DNA of 64,000 nt. It comes from an uncultured cyanobacterium (GTDB taxonomy: Bacteria; Cyanobacteriota; Cyanobacteriia; Cyanobacteriales; CAWCAG01). A program made the translations under genes and the position numbers. How positions within the stretch are numbered: the stretch's first letter is position 1; each line of letters opens with the position of its first letter. The notes beneath the pieces are model-generated. The model was not told where the DNA came from and searched no databases. It was given only the letters and a program-made list of their open reading frames with translations. Positions 51,409-64,000 of this stretch are shown in pieces. The stretch lies in the NCBI GenBank assembly GCA_963793425.1, contig CAWCAG010000007.1, positions 640,001 through 704,000 on the forward strand, read 5' to 3'.

Positions 51409-54400
51409 TTGATCCTAAATTATTACCCCAATAACTTAATACTCTTGTCAAAGCATCATACATAATGGGTTTGCTGAGATAATCATCCATACCAGCAGCT
51501 AAACATTTTTCGCGATCGCCTTCCATAGCATTAGCAGTCAAACCGATAATTACCGTATGTTTTCGCTCTTGTTCTCTTTGTCTAATCATTTGTGTTGCTT
51601 CATAGCCGTCCATAACTGGCATTTGGCAATCCATAAGGATGATGTTGTAATTATTATCTACTAAGTGTTCTATAGCTCTTTGTCCGTTCTCAACCCAAGC
51701 AATTTGACAGCCTAATTTTTCTATCATGAGTTGGAGTATGTAGCGGTTGTCTTCTCTATCTTCAACAATTAGTACTTTGAGATTGGCTAGGGAAGTAGTA
51801 GAGCTTTGTGTATCAGAGTTGGTACCTTTTGTAGTTGCATCCAGATCAACTGTAACCTCCAAAGGAAGTGTAAACCAGAAAGTTGAACCTTGTTCATTGG
51901 GGGCAGAGGTTTCCTCTCTCCTACTGGTAACACCAATTTCCCCCCCCATCAATTGTACTAAGCGACGGGAAATAGTTAATCCTAACCCCGTCCCTCCATA
52001 CTGACGAGTTGTAGAAGTGTCAGCCTGAGTAAAAGGCTGAAATAATTTTTCTTGGGCTTGAGAGGTAATACCAATACCTGTATCTTGTACCTCAAATCTT
52101 AGGAGGGTATGGGAATCATCCCTTTGTTCTGGTGAGCAAGAAATAGCCACTATAATCTTTCCAGACTCGGTAAACTTTATGGCATTGCTTAGTAAGTTAC
52201 TCAGCACTTGCTGTAAACGAAATTCATCGCCGATTACGTTGCGAGGTACATCAGCATCAATTTCAACAGCGAACTCTAGTTGTTTTTTCTGCATCTGGAC
52301 TTCATACAAGTCCTTCAAATTATCACCCAGAGTATCAAGATTAAATTCCCGCGACTCTAGTTGCAGTTTTTTTGCTTCTAGCTTAGATAAATCGAGGATA
52401 TCATCAATTAGACCTAAAAGATTTTCGCCATTACTTCTCAAAGTTTCTAATAGTTTCTCTTGTTCGGGATTTAACTCTGTTTCTGATAAAAGTTGGCTAA
52501 CTCCTAACACCGAATTCATGGGGGTACGAATTTCGTGACTCATGTTAGCTAAAAATTCGCTTTTCGCTTGGTTTGCAGAGTCTGCTGCTTGGGCTACTGC
52601 GATCGCATCTTCTAAAGCTTGATTTTGCTCTACCAGTTTTTCTTCAATTGTTTTACGCTCAGTAATATCTATTACTGCACCGTAAATTCTTGTTACTTGT
52701 CCTTCTTTGGTTTGCTCTGCTCTACCAATCATATTTAAGTAGCGCATCTCTCCATCTGGATGGTTACATTTAACATCTAAATTATAAGGACGACTCTGTG
52801 TAAATAAACGCTTCATCGCCTGTTGCAGTAGTTTCCTATCTTTGGGGGGATGATGTTGCAGTAGATTCAGTAAAAGTTAGTGCTTCTGGTTGAGGTTGCA
52901 GTCCATAAATATCTAACAATTCTGCTGAGCAATTTATGCTAGCCTCACTTAGTTCCCTTCCTTCCTTTACCACCAATTCCCAATTACCAAGTTGGGCTAA
53001 GCGCTGTGCTTGCAATAGCTTGGCTTCACTACGCCGTAGAGCTTCTTCTGATTGTATCCGTTCAGTAATTTCTACAATGACAGCCCCAACTCCACGGCCG
53101 TCCCGCAGAAAGTCAACGGGATAGTAACTAGCTATCCAATAGCCCTCTTTACTCGCATCTTTAGCTGTATTACTGCAAATTTCTACTCCATAAATTGCTT
53201 CCCCAGTCTCAATTACTTGACGCAGTAAAGGTTCAACCTGCTCTGCTAGTTCAGGAGTAAGCTCTTGTAAAGTTTTACCTAAATGCTCTTCAACAGCATA
53301 ACCATTAGTCTCAGCAAGAGCTTCATTGATACGCAAAAACTTTAAATCTCCGTCATGTAAAGATAAACCTACAGGGCTGGTAGCATAGAGATTTTCTAAG
53401 ATTTCGTTGGCTTGATAAAGTTCATCTTGAACTCGCTTCAACTCATCAATATTAACAAAAGTAACAACAACACCATCACTATCATTATCTTGAAAATAGG
53501 GATTTACCCGCATTAAGGCACACTCATCCGAATCAGCAAAGCATACTTCTTGCTCTACTGGCTCTTCTGTATCCGTTACTTGCTGAAGAATTTCCAGCAA
53601 CTCGGAGCAATCCAAGTTATTGGTAATATCAGCTAAGGGACGGCCAATATCTGCCGGTTTAATATTAATAGCACGGGTTGCAGCAGGGGTAAACTTACGG
53701 ATATTTAACTTCCCATCAAGAAAAATAACCCCAATGTTAGTGCTACGGAGTAAGTTGTTAATATCATTATTTAGCTGGGTTAACTCCTGAATTTTGGATT
53801 GATGCTCAGCATTGACTGTGTAAAGTTCTTCGTTAACTGACTGAAGTTCTTCGTTAGTACTTTGCAACTCTTCATTAGAAGCTAGTAATTCTTCATTGGT
53901 TGCTTGTTGTTCTTCGTTGGTAGTTTCTAACTCTTCGATGGTAACTTGCAAATTTTCGCTAGTCTGTTGCAGCTCATATTCTAGCTCTGTGATACGCTGA
54001 GTAGCTTCTGTATCTAAGTCAAAGCGTAATGCAGGAGTTGAAACTGGGGTTGGCTGCTCTTCTACTTCCAAAACTACAACGCGATGGTTTTCGCTGTTGC
54101 GACTACTTTGATCTATGCCCACTCGCAAGGTAATATTTTGGTGTTGCTCATCTCTTTGCAGTTTAATTCCTGTGTAGAGGACAGGCTCGCCATCTCGTTT
54201 GGTACGGTGTAAAGCTGTACTGAGGGGTAGCTTCAAGCTAGGATGGATAATTTCAGTAACATCTAAAACTGGCTGTCCCACAGGAAATTCTAATGAACGA
54301 GCAGCGTTATAAAAAACCCGCAGCAGTTGATTTTTTTGATTAACTAATAAGCAAGTAATTTGCCGCTCAGCCAAGCAATACTTAAATACTTCTCCTAAAA

Positions 54401-55940
54401 GCCTGTCTAGTTGCTGTTGTCTAGCTTTGGTACGACTAGCTGGTTGGATAGGAGCAACGATAGTTTGCCTGGTGATTGGCATCAAGGATAGTTTAGTATC
54501 CCGCAGTTTACGGAAAACCTTACACTTATTATTTAAAGGTTTAAATTCATCTTCTAAACTACCTAAAGTTTCTGAACTACCTAAAAAGAGAACCCCATGG
54601 GAACCTAAAGCAAAATGCAACAAACGCAGTACCTGCTGTTGTAGTTGCGGTTGCATATAAATTAAAACATTGCGGCAGCTTACCAAATTCATTTTGGAAA
54701 AGCCAGCATTTTTAGTTAGATCGTGGGGGGCAACTATAAGCATTTCCCGAAGCGATCGCTTAACCCGAAATTCATTACCCTCACGGGTAAAGTAGTATTC
54801 TAAACGCTCTGAGGTAATATCACCGGCGATACTTTCCGGGTAAACCCCTTGGGCAGCTACTTCTAGGGCGTTGGTGTCAAGATCAGTAGCAAAAATCTTT
54901 ACCTGCACTGTTTTTCCAGCTCTACGAATGGCTTCATCTACTAAAATGGCCATAGAGTAAGCTTCTTCTCCTGTAGCGCAGGCTGAAACCCAAACCCTTA
55001 GTTGTTGCTGGGGTTCAAGTTCGGCAATTATTCTGGGTAACACTTCTGTTTCGAGAAATTCCCAAGCGCCGCGATCACGAAAGAAGCAAGTTGCCCCAAT
55101 CAGTAAATCTTGACGCAACAGTTTCTGCTCTTCTTCAGACTCTTCTAAGAAACCAATATAATCTTCTAAGCTACTTTTGCGAGTTAAGGAGCAGCGATGG
55201 TGAATGCGGCGACTCAGTGTACTCACTTTATAATGAGAAAAGTCAATCTCTTCCCGCTCAGCTAGTACATCAAGGATTCTTTGCAACAGATCAGGATCAA
55301 TTAAACTAGCATCTTCTGCTGTAGATTCAGGGAAATTCTCAGAAAAGCGGATCAACTCAAAAACAGTTTGGGCTAAATCTTGAGGGGAAAGAACTTCATC
55401 CACTAAACCAGAAGGAATAGCACTACTGGGCATACTAGTAAATTGGGCTGTTTCTGGTGACTGTACTAAGGCAACTCCCCCCGCTCTACTAACTTCTTGT
55501 AGCCCTTCTGTGCCATCATTACCAGTACCAGAAAGGAGGATAGCAATAGTTCGCTCTCCCCATTCTTTAACTAAAGATTGGAAAAATTGATTAATAGGAT
55601 AATGGCGGGATTCTGATTTTTTTTGCAGTCGTAAAGAGCCATTTTCCAAAGTTAAATGTTTCCCAGGAGGTAACACATATACCTTACTCGGTTCCAAAGG
55701 CATTTGATCTTTGACTTCCTGTACAGGCATGGTTGTCTGCCGTTGGAGAATTTCGCTCATCATGCTCTTATGGTTGGGAGAAAGATGCTGCACAACCACA
55801 AAAGCGGCATTGGGGTTATCTGGGACGTTACCGAAAAAAGATTCCAACGCTTGCACACCGCCAGCAGACGCACCAATACTGACGATAAAAAAGTTGTTAT
55901 TATCTTTGTCTGAAGCAGTAGAAGTTGTCTTACGAGCCAT
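51398..55940 (-). CDS. CheB/CheR fusion-PAS hybrid histidine kinase with receiver, split by an apparent 1-bp insertion near 52865
   Basis: [16 protein letters not shown] (CheB); [18 protein letters not shown] (CheR); SHEIRTP, GGTGLG, MDCQMP; ORFs join as [22 protein letters not shown]. Confidence 0.88.
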
Positions 55941-56066
55941 TCTTTTAGCAGTGCTAGTGAAGGAAGTCTAGGTTAAATTTTAACGAAGTTTGGATAGAAA
56001 AGAACAGTAATTTTGTTTCTTTGCCTTAAAATAACGGGGAGTATTTAGTAGAAAAGGTCAGGCATT

Positions 56067-56939
56067 GTGGCGCAAGCAAAAATTGGTATTATTGGCGGTA
56101 GTGGTCTTTACAAAATGGATGCCCTTCAAGATGTAGAAGAAGTAAAAGTAGATACTCCTTTTGGTTCTCCCTCGGATGCTCTCATTGTAGGCAAAATAGA
56201 AGGTATTCAGGTTGCTTTCTTAGCCCGCCACGGACGTAATCATCATCTTACCCCTTCGGAATTACCTTTTCGGGCTAACATTCATGCTATGAAGCAATTG
56301 GGAGTTGAATATCTTATCTCTGCTTCGGCTGTGGGTTCTTTGAAAGAAGCAGCTAAACCTTTAGATATGGTTATTCCCGACCAATTCATTGACCGGACTA
56401 AAAATCGTGTTTCTACTTTTTTTGGGGAGGGGATTGTCGGTCATATCGCTTTCGGTGAGCCGATTTGCCCCAATTTAGCAAAGGTTTTAGGGGATGCGGT
56501 AGAGAGTTTACAGCTATCAGAGGTTACTCTACATCGCGGCGGTACTTATGTTTGCATGGAAGGGGCAGCTTTTTCTACCAAAGCAGAATCCCATCTTTAT
56601 CGTAGTTGGGATGCAACTATTATTGGTATGACTAATTTACCAGAAGCTAAGTTAGCTAGGGAGGCAGAGATTGCCTATGCAACCCTAGCCTTGGTCACAG
56701 ATTATGATTGCTGGCATTCTGACCACGATAGCGTAACGGTGGAGATGGTGATTGGTAACTTGCAACGTAATGCCACTAATGCTCAAAAAGTTATTCAAAC
56801 CGCAGTAAAAAATTTAGGCAGCAATCCTCCAGAATCTGTTGCTCACTCTGCTCTTAAGTATGCAATTATTACTCCATTGGATACAGCACCCCAAGCTACC
56901 AAACAGAAGTTAGAACTTTTATTGAAGAAATATTTGTAA
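56067..56939 (+). CDS. mtnP: S-methyl-5'-thioadenosine phosphorylase
   Basis: [36 protein letters not shown]. Confidence 0.96.
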   Translation: MAQAKIGIIGGSGLYKMDALQDVEEVKVDTPFGSPSDALIVGKIEGIQVAFLARHGRNHHLTPSELPFRANIHAMKQLGVEYLISASAVGSLKEAAKPLDMVIPDQFIDRTKNRVSTFFGEGIVGHIAFGEPICPNLAKVLGDAVESLQLSEVTLHRGGTYVCMEGAAFSTKAESHLYRSWDATIIGMTNLPEAKLAREAEIAYATLALVTDYDCWHSDHDSVTVEMVIGNLQRNATNAQKVIQTAVKNLGSNPPESVAHSALKYAIITPLDTAPQATKQKLELLLKKYL

Positions 56940-57063
56940 TATCAACTTAGTTCCTGAACCTGACACTACCTCTAGCTTGCTAGTTGTGGGAAGTGTAGGT
57001 ACTGTTTTATTCTTGATCAGGAAAAGAAAATTAAGGGCTAAGGCAAAGATAAGGAATCTTTAA

Positions 57064-58104
57064 ATGGGTCGCTCCTCAAATAAAAATAGATTTAAAATGC
57101 AGCTTATCAATAAGTCTGCATTGATTCGTTTAGCTATACTTTTCGCTGTCTTACTGGTTGTGTTTCTTGGCGCATGGTTGATCATGTTTCGGATGCCAGG
57201 GCAAAGTTACCAAGGGCAACTGCCACCCTTACAGAGGGAAGACGTTGCTATGCAAAACTCTCTGCAAGAGGATGTACGCCACATTGCTGTGGAAATTGGG
57301 GCGAGGAATGTTGAGCGATATGAAAAGCTGGATGCTACAAGAATCTTTTTAGAGACAGCTTTAACTCAAGCTGGTTATGTCGTGAAGCGCCAAGAATATC
57401 AGATTGAAGGTAAGCCCTGTTACAACTTAGAAGTTGAGAGATTAGGGACGGATAAACCCAAGGAAATTGTAGTAATTGGGGGACATTACGATTCAGCTTT
57501 TACAAGTCCTGGTGCTAATGATAATGGTACAGGCGTAGCAGCAACCTTGGAACTAGCGCGGATATTTGCCCAGAAACCGACAAAGCGAACAATTCGCTTT
57601 GTTGAATTTGTTAATGAAGAACCACCTTTCTTTTGGACAGAAGCTATGGGAAGTTTAGTATACGCTAAGCGATCCCATCAAAAAGGAGAAAATATTGTGG
57701 CCATGTTAAGCTTGGAAACTATGGGCTATTTCTCTGATGCAGTAGGTAGCCAAAAATATCCCCCTCCTCTCAACTTATTCTATCCTGATCAAGGCAATTT
57801 TATTGGTTTTATTGGCAATTTCAATTCTGGAGATTTAGTCCGAAGTACCCTTGCTTCTTTCCGCAATCATGTAGAGTTTCCTTCCCAAGGTGCTTCTCTG
57901 CCTGCTTGGATGCCTGGAGTCGGTTGGTCAGATCATTGGGCTTTTTGGCAACAGGGATATAAAGGAATTATGATTACAGATACTGCTCCTTTTCGCTATC
58001 CCCAGTACCATACAGGAGAAGATACTATTGATAAAATTGATTTTGATAAATTTGCCAGAGTTGTGGCTGGTTTGGTAGAAGTTATTTCTGATTTGACAGA
58101 ATAG
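57064..58104 (+). CDS. M28 family metallopeptidase
   Basis: GGHYDS, PGANDNGTG, NEEPP, SDH, YHT. Confidence 0.9.
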   Translation: MGRSSNKNRFKMQLINKSALIRLAILFAVLLVVFLGAWLIMFRMPGQSYQGQLPPLQREDVAMQNSLQEDVRHIAVEIGARNVERYEKLDATRIFLETALTQAGYVVKRQEYQIEGKPCYNLEVERLGTDKPKEIVVIGGHYDSAFTSPGANDNGTGVAATLELARIFAQKPTKRTIRFVEFVNEEPPFFWTEAMGSLVYAKRSHQKGENIVAMLSLETMGYFSDAVGSQKYPPPLNLFYPDQGNFIGFIGNFNSGDLVRSTLASFRNHVEFPSQGASLPAWMPGVGWSDHWAFWQQGYKGIMITDTAPFRYPQYHTGEDTIDKIDFDKFARVVAGLVEVISDLTE

Positions 58105-58201
58105 TTTCTCTTGAAATCAGAGGCTTAGCATCTTCAGTGTAAAACCAAACGCCCAAGCCTCTAACTGAAACATCTTTGTCTCTAGAATCTATTGAAGAAA
58201 G

Positions 58202-59653
58202 TTAACGATTTCCTGGAGTACGTCCTCCTTCATCATTACTACCCCCACGAGGGCTGGAGTTACCAGGATCGCAACCTTCTGCACCATTACCTATACCTTG
58301 GTTACAGTTAGGTTTCTTGGATTTTTTATCTTCATCGTTGTCATCATCTTGATCAGCACTGTCATTGTCATCCTCATCATCATCGTCGTTGTCGTCATTG
58401 TCATCCTGATCGGCGCTATCACCGTCGTCATCATCATCCATTTCCATGTCCCCACATTCATTGCAAGGCTTCACAGCACCACCCTCATCAACAACAATGA
58501 CGTAGGGAGAAGAAATCAAACTATATTCTTCAGTTTTAGTACTTACCAACGCTTGGTAGAGTAAAGCACAAACTTCAGACCGGGTTGCTACTTGGTTGAG
58601 GTTGAGAACATTAACATTAGGATAGTTGACAATTAATCCATTCACAGTTGCAGCAGCAATCACGCTACGATACTGGGTAGGAATTGTGTTAGCATCGCTG
58701 TAGAAAGAGAGGATTGTTTGCGTAGCTTGGTTATAAGAGTAACCTAAGCCTTGGGTTAAGGCTAGCAAAATATCTAAGCGAGTCATTTCCTGGTTAGGGT
58801 TAAATTGATTGCCAGAAGCGCTCAAAAAGCCCATTTCATAGGCTTCTGTAATAGCGCCATAACCCCAAAAACCACGAGAAAGATCCCTGAAACTACGAAA
58901 ATCCTTAACTTTGTTCTTTTTGAAAGCCTTGTTGACCATAGCAGCAAACTGAGCGCGAGTAACAGCTTGCTTCGGCTTGAACTTACCATCAGGGAAGCCT
59001 TTGACAATGCCTTTACGAGCTAAGCTAGCAATAAACTGCTGCGACCAAAAGCTAGAAGAAACATCAGTAAAACTAGTCTGCACTTGCTGACTAACCTGGG
59101 TTGTTTGACGACTTCTGGTTGTCCTGGTTTCGGTAACTGTTTCTGTGGTGCTGCGCCCAGTTCCCACATTGGTGACATTGCTTTCTGCAACAGACTGGGT
59201 AGTTGCTTCGTCAAACCTGACCGCAGAAGCAGTTTCATCAGTGCGATAGATATAAACATTATCTTCTTGATCAGCTAAGACAACTAACCAACCAGGAGTT
59301 ATAGCTTGGAGACAGCTTTCTGCGGGGCCTCCCAAACCCAGACAACTATCAGACCATTCTTGTTGTAGGGCTTGCACAACCTTTAACTTAGAGCTATCAA
59401 TACCTAATTTTGTTGCGGCAGCATCTACAACTGTTTTGCCAACTGCATCTGGTAAATCTGCCAGCATTTCATGGCTATGTTCTCCCTCACCAGATTTGTG
59501 AGCCAATTGAATGTTATTGCCGCTTGCTGGTTGTTCCCCTTGGGGGGATAAATCTGTAGCTTTGATGGGTAGAGAAGTTGCCGTTACACCAAAAGTTCCT
59601 AGGAGTACTGCCGCTATTACTTTACCTAAAATAGTTTTATGTTTTGATACCAA
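58202..59653 (-). CDS. Secreted S-layer homology (SLH) protein with Asp-rich C-terminal tail
   Basis: Signal peptide; FTDV...GFPDGKFKP..VTRAQ and further SLH repeats; poly-D tract. Confidence 0.88.
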   Translation of the reverse strand: MVSKHKTILGKVIAAVLLGTFGVTATSLPIKATDLSPQGEQPASGNNIQLAHKSGEGEHSHEMLADLPDAVGKTVVDAAATKLGIDSSKLKVVQALQQEWSDSCLGLGGPAESCLQAITPGWLVVLADQEDNVYIYRTDETASAVRFDEATTQSVAESNVTNVGTGRSTTETVTETRTTRSRQTTQVSQQVQTSFTDVSSSFWSQQFIASLARKGIVKGFPDGKFKPKQAVTRAQFAAMVNKAFKKNKVKDFRSFRDLSRGFWGYGAITEAYEMGFLSASGNQFNPNQEMTRLDILLALTQGLGYSYNQATQTILSFYSDANTIPTQYRSVIAAATVNGLIVNYPNVNVLNLNQVATRSEVCALLYQALVSTKTEEYSLISSPYVIVVDEGGAVKPCNECGDMEMDDDDDGDSADQDDNDDNDDDDEDDNDSADQDDDNDEDKKSKKPNCNQGIGNGAEGCDPGNSSPRGGSNDEGGRTPGNR

Positions 59654-59777
59654 TTGTCACACCTACAAAATGCCTTGAACCCTAGCGAAGACGTTTCTAA
59701 GTTCTGTGGTGTTCCTTGAGTTGTTTAGTTTTGATGGTGACAGAAAAAACCTTTCATATTACATCTAAAAAATGCAC

Positions 59778-59807
59778 AAAAAAAATGGGTAGCGGTTAAT
59801 ACTACCC
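59778..59807 (-). terminator. Probable fbaA terminator
   Basis: GGGTAG...CTACCC stem; the + strand A-run gives a U-tail. Confidence 0.55.
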
Positions 59808-59878
59808 TGGAACTCTTATTTAGCAATTTTGCTAAACTAGTCTACTTATTTGCTCTTAACTTAACTAAGAGATTTCAA

Positions 59879-60958
59879 TTACACAGCAACAGTCTTCTTC
59901 GGACTAGCTGATAATTCTCCTTTAGCATACTTAGCAGCATAATCATCTAAAGTCATTTGCTTGATCTTGCTAGCATTACCAGCAGTATCAAAAGCTTCAT
60001 AACGCTTCAAGCAAACTTGTTTCATATACTTGATAGAAGGCTTGAGGAAGTGGCGAGGATCAAAGTTAGAAGGATCTTTAAACGCCGCTTCACGAATAGC
60101 CGCAGTGATAGCTAAGCGGTTATCAGTATCGATATTAACTTTACGTACACCACTCTTAATACCCTTTTGAATTTCTTCTAAAGGTACACCGTAGGTTTCA
60201 GGAATATTACCACCATATTTGTTGATCATATCCAACCATTCTTGGGGAACAGAAGAAGAACCGTGCATTACTAAGTGGGTATTAGGTAAACGCTTATGGA
60301 TCTCTTCAATACGGTTAATAGCGAGAATTTCACCAGTAGGTTTGCGGGTGAATTTATAAGCGCCGTGGCTGGTTCCGATGGCAACAGCTAAAGCATCAAC
60401 TTGAGTACGTTCTACAAATTCAACAGCTTCATCAGGATCAGTAAGAAGTTGTTCTTTACTTAAAGTACCCTCAAAACCATGGCCATCTTCTTTATCCCCT
60501 TGACCAGTTTCCAAAGAACCCAAGCAACCTAATTCTCCTTCCACACTCGCACCAACGGCATGGGCGACTTTAACTACTTCAGCGGTGACATCAACGTTGT
60601 AATCAAAGCTAGCAGGAGTTTTGGCATCTGCTTCTAAGGAACCATCCATCATTACACTGGTGAAACCATTGCGGATAGCAGAGTAGCAAGTTGCAGGGCT
60701 ATTACCGTGATCCTGGTGCATAGCAATGGGAATATCAGGATGGCTTTCTACTGCTGCCATAATTAGGTGGCGTAGGAAGTTTTCTCCTGCATATTTGCGT
60801 GCGCCGCGAGAAGCTTGTAAAATTACGGGGCTATCAGCTTCTTCAGCAGCTTGCATAATTGCTATGATCTGCTCCATATTATTAACATTATATGCAGGTA
60901 TACCATAACCATTTTCCGCTGCATGATCCAATAGCAACCGCATTGGTACTAGCGCCAT
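59879..60958 (-). CDS. fbaA: Class II fructose-bisphosphate aldolase
   Basis: [29 protein letters not shown]. Confidence 0.98.
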   Translation of the reverse strand: MALVPMRLLLDHAAENGYGIPAYNVNNMEQIIAIMQAAEEADSPVILQASRGARKYAGENFLRHLIMAAVESHPDIPIAMHQDHGNSPATCYSAIRNGFTSVMMDGSLEADAKTPASFDYNVDVTAEVVKVAHAVGASVEGELGCLGSLETGQGDKEDGHGFEGTLSKEQLLTDPDEAVEFVERTQVDALAVAIGTSHGAYKFTRKPTGEILAINRIEEIHKRLPNTHLVMHGSSSVPQEWLDMINKYGGNIPETYGVPLEEIQKGIKSGVRKVNIDTDNRLAITAAIREAAFKDPSNFDPRHFLKPSIKYMKQVCLKRYEAFDTAGNASKIKQMTLDDYAAKYAKGELSASPKKTVAV

Positions 60959-61448
60959 AAGTTTCCTCCTGTGGTTTTCTTAATTTCGTCAGGTTGATTT
61001 AGATGTCAAGAAATAAATTTCTTTATTGTTCAATCTTAAGATATTTTTTAACTTCTGACGAATTCTCTTTCCTGTTTATGGTGTAAGGATCTGTAAGAGG
61101 GAGCTTTTTTAGCAAAATTAATATGCAAAAAATCTAGTATGATGGGATTAGCTCTTTCAAGGTCTTGTAATTCCCCTCAAGTTATAGTTAGTTGAGAGAA
61201 AACAGTATTACCTTTACCCTTGCTGGTAATCTCTTCTGTGCTAGAGTTACGTATTTGTTGATAATCTCTGAAAGACATACTCGCGCTTTTGTGTTTCATC
61301 ACTCGCCATGCTACACCGTAATGCTCTCCCTCGGTGAACCATACATAATTGCCAGAACAACAAGATATAATAAATTCTCCTTAAGTATACAAGTGTATTT
61401 AATTGATTCTTAAACAATAAGATATGCTTCTACTCATTACAAAATATT

Positions 61449-64000
61449 ATGTTTAAAAAGCTTAATCAGAGTGCTGCCTTAACTGCTTTAATTATCGTTG
61501 GTTTATATTCCCCTCTAGTTAGCGCCCAGTCTATTATTAGGGAAGCAAACAGTACAGGAACGATAGTTAACCAACAAGGTGATATTTATCAGATTGAGGG
61601 TGGAACTCAAGCAGGAAGTAACTTATTCCATAGTTTTACTCAACTAGGGCTACAACAAAATGAAATAGTTAACTTTCTCTCCCAACCTCACATCAATAAT
61701 ATTCTGGGCAGGGTAACTGGCGGTAATATTTCTGTAATTGAAGGATTAATTCAGGTTAGTGGTAGTAACGCTAACCTCTTTTTAATGAATCCGGCTGGCA
61801 TTATCTTTGGTAGCAATGCCAGATTAGATGTACCAGGGAGTTTCACTGCCACAACAGCCAATGCTATTGGTTTTGAGGGGGGTTGGTTTCAATCTTTGGG
61901 GGAGAATGAGTATCAAAGCTTAATAGGTTCACCTACCAGCTTTGCTTTCGGTAATGGGCAAACGGGAGGAATAGTTAACCAAGGAGATTTAACGGCTGCT
62001 AACCTCAGCCTAATTGGTGGGACAGTAATTAATACAGGCAACCTCAATGCCCCAGGAGGAAATATTACTATAACCGCAGTGCCTGGGGGCAAAATGGTAC
62101 GACTTTCTCAACAGGGAATGATTTTAGGATTAGAAGTACCAGAAGATGCGATCGCCAATGGTATAACTCCCTTAGATTTACCAAAACTATTAACCACACC
62201 CGTAGAAGGAATAACCGAAATAGCTAAAGGGGATACAGTTGTTAGTGGTAGTGTAGTTGCAGATACCGTTAACCTTGGTGCAGTGAACCCTATTAAGTTG
62301 GGAAGCAATGGTCAAATAATTACGGGGAATAGTAAGTTTAGCACTCCTACAGTAACCATATTCCCAGCAAGTGAAACAGATCCTCTTGCTTACATCTTCC
62401 TAGATGCCACAGTACCAGATTATCAAAGCTTTCTCTACAACGGCAAACCAGGTTCAACTACGGTGGTGGTAACGCCCGAAGAAAGGGGGATTTCAGTTGT
62501 TAGTGATAAGTTAGCAACTAGTCAACAGGTTGATGAGATACATATTGTTTCTGAGGGGAATCAGGGGAACTTTTGGTTAGGTAGGGACTTTGTAAGTAGT
62601 GAGAATGTTGGGCAGTATGAGACTCAGTTGCAGGGTTGGCAAGACGCTTTGAGTGTGGGGGCAGATATTTTAATTTATGCTTGTTTAGCTGCTTTGGGAG
62701 AAGCTGGGGACAGTTTGTTAAATCAGGTTGCTGATTATACTGGGGCGGATGTGGCCGGTTCGACGAATATTACCGGGGCAACGAGTTTAGAGGGAGATTG
62801 GCAGTTAGAGAAGAGTTTGGGGCCGATTGAGGCAGACTACGCCGTTTGCAGACAATATTTTAGCTAACTATAATGATAGTCTAGCCGTATTTACAGCAAC
62901 TAATGGTGGTGATGCCGGGGCTGGTTCACTACGACAGGCGCTTTTAGATGCTAATGCTACTGTAGGGGGTGATGAAGTTCGCTTTGCTCCTGGCTTGAAT
63001 CAGGTGACTTTGACATCTGGTCAGTTGTTGATTGATACAACGAACGGTAATTTGACTATTGATGGTGATTTTAATGGTGCAAATAATGTAGTTGTTGAAC
63101 GTAGTACAGTAGTAGGTACACCTGACTTTCATATTTTTGAAATTCAAGGTGATGGTGATGTTGCTATTGATGCTTTGACAATTCGCAATGGTGTTGCCAT
63201 AAGTAGTGGTAGTGGTATCAGATGGAGGTTAGGAAACGGAACACTGACCCTCAACAACAGCACTGTGAGTGATAATTCTGGTGATGGTATTACAAGTAGA
63301 GGCTTAATTAAGCTAACTGACAGTCTTGTAAGCAATAACATAGGAGGCAATATCAACAATGGGGGCATTTTTAGTATTGGAGATATAGAAGTAACTGGTA
63401 GTACTGTAACTAATAACCAAGGAGCTGGTAGTGGCGGTATTCGTAGTGATGGCTCAATAACTGTCAACGATAGTACTATCATTGGTAACCTTTCTAGTAG
63501 TGGTCGTGGCAGTCTTTACGCTCTAGGTACAATAAATATCAACGACAGCATCGTTAGTAATAATTCAGGAGGCGTTCAAACCAGGAATGGGGCAGTAAAT
63601 GTCACCAATAGTACGATTAAAGATAGTGTTGGCAACTCTCTTGGTGGCAATGGTGGAGGTATTAGTGCTGGTGGTACGGTGACACTAAATAATAGTACTG
63701 TAAGTGGCAATCGAGGAACTGGTATCTCCATCGGTAGCCGTGGCAGTACAGTAAAGCTAATTGATAGTAATGTAACTGGCAATCAAAGAGGAGGCATCCG
63801 CAGTGCTGCTGGAGTTGAATTAACCAACAGCACTGTAACTAATAATGTAGGAAGCGGTATTTTTAGCAATATTTTCAACAATGATATCAGCTTAGTAAAC
63901 ATCAACAACAGCATTATCAGTGGTAATATTTCCAGTGGCCGCGCCAGCATTGTCAACAGAGGGACAGTAAATATCAACAACAGCATCGTTAGTAATAATA
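61449..64000 (+). CDS. Filamentous haemagglutinin-type exoprotein (TPS N-domain, DUF4347-like domain, beta-helix repeats); frameshift near 62835; runs off window
   Basis: NLFHSF, NILGRVTGG..S.I.G, LMNPAGIIFG; ADVAGS...GDWQLE; continues in another frame as TTPFADNILANY...GAGSLRQALLDAN. Confidence 0.85.

Noticed and set aside
62944..63986. Several minus-strand ORFs
   Set aside because: Antisense shadows of the + strand exoprotein continuation.

Overview
Chromosomal window from a cyanobacterium (frequent HIP1 GCGATCGC sites; apcABC, psaL/psaI, psb32, crr7, fbaA). It is probably non-heterocystous, judging from the GroEL N-terminus MAKSIIYN. Most of it is housekeeping DNA (groESL, hemL, ftsW, sepF-proC, purA, rplY, uppP, mtnP, two-component genes). 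Main find: a tandem array at 31.4-39.3 kb of cassettes, each with a repeated promoter and a protein with a conserved N-terminal leader, 'QR' repeats and a DUF4157/eCIS-core (HELTH) domain. Two copies add unrelated C-terminal tips with coupled partner genes, one is tip-less and one is a fragment. A dispersed copy at 48.3 kb shares promoter and leader, lacks DUF4157 and carries a C39-like peptidase tip. This looks like a modular polymorphic effector/immunity system, possibly cargo for a contractile injection system. Also notable: two tandem NsiR1-like sRNA genes with TCCGGA (DIF1-type) promoters; an IS200/IS605-derived miniature element after apcC that may retain a TnpB omegaRNA-like end; a 24-nt element inserted in a HIP1 site with its empty allele visible; and a Dam-type MTase/nuclease pair. 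Five apparent frameshifts may be sequencing indels. No rRNA, tRNA or CRISPR array was seen. Family assignments come from motif recognition only; no searches were run.
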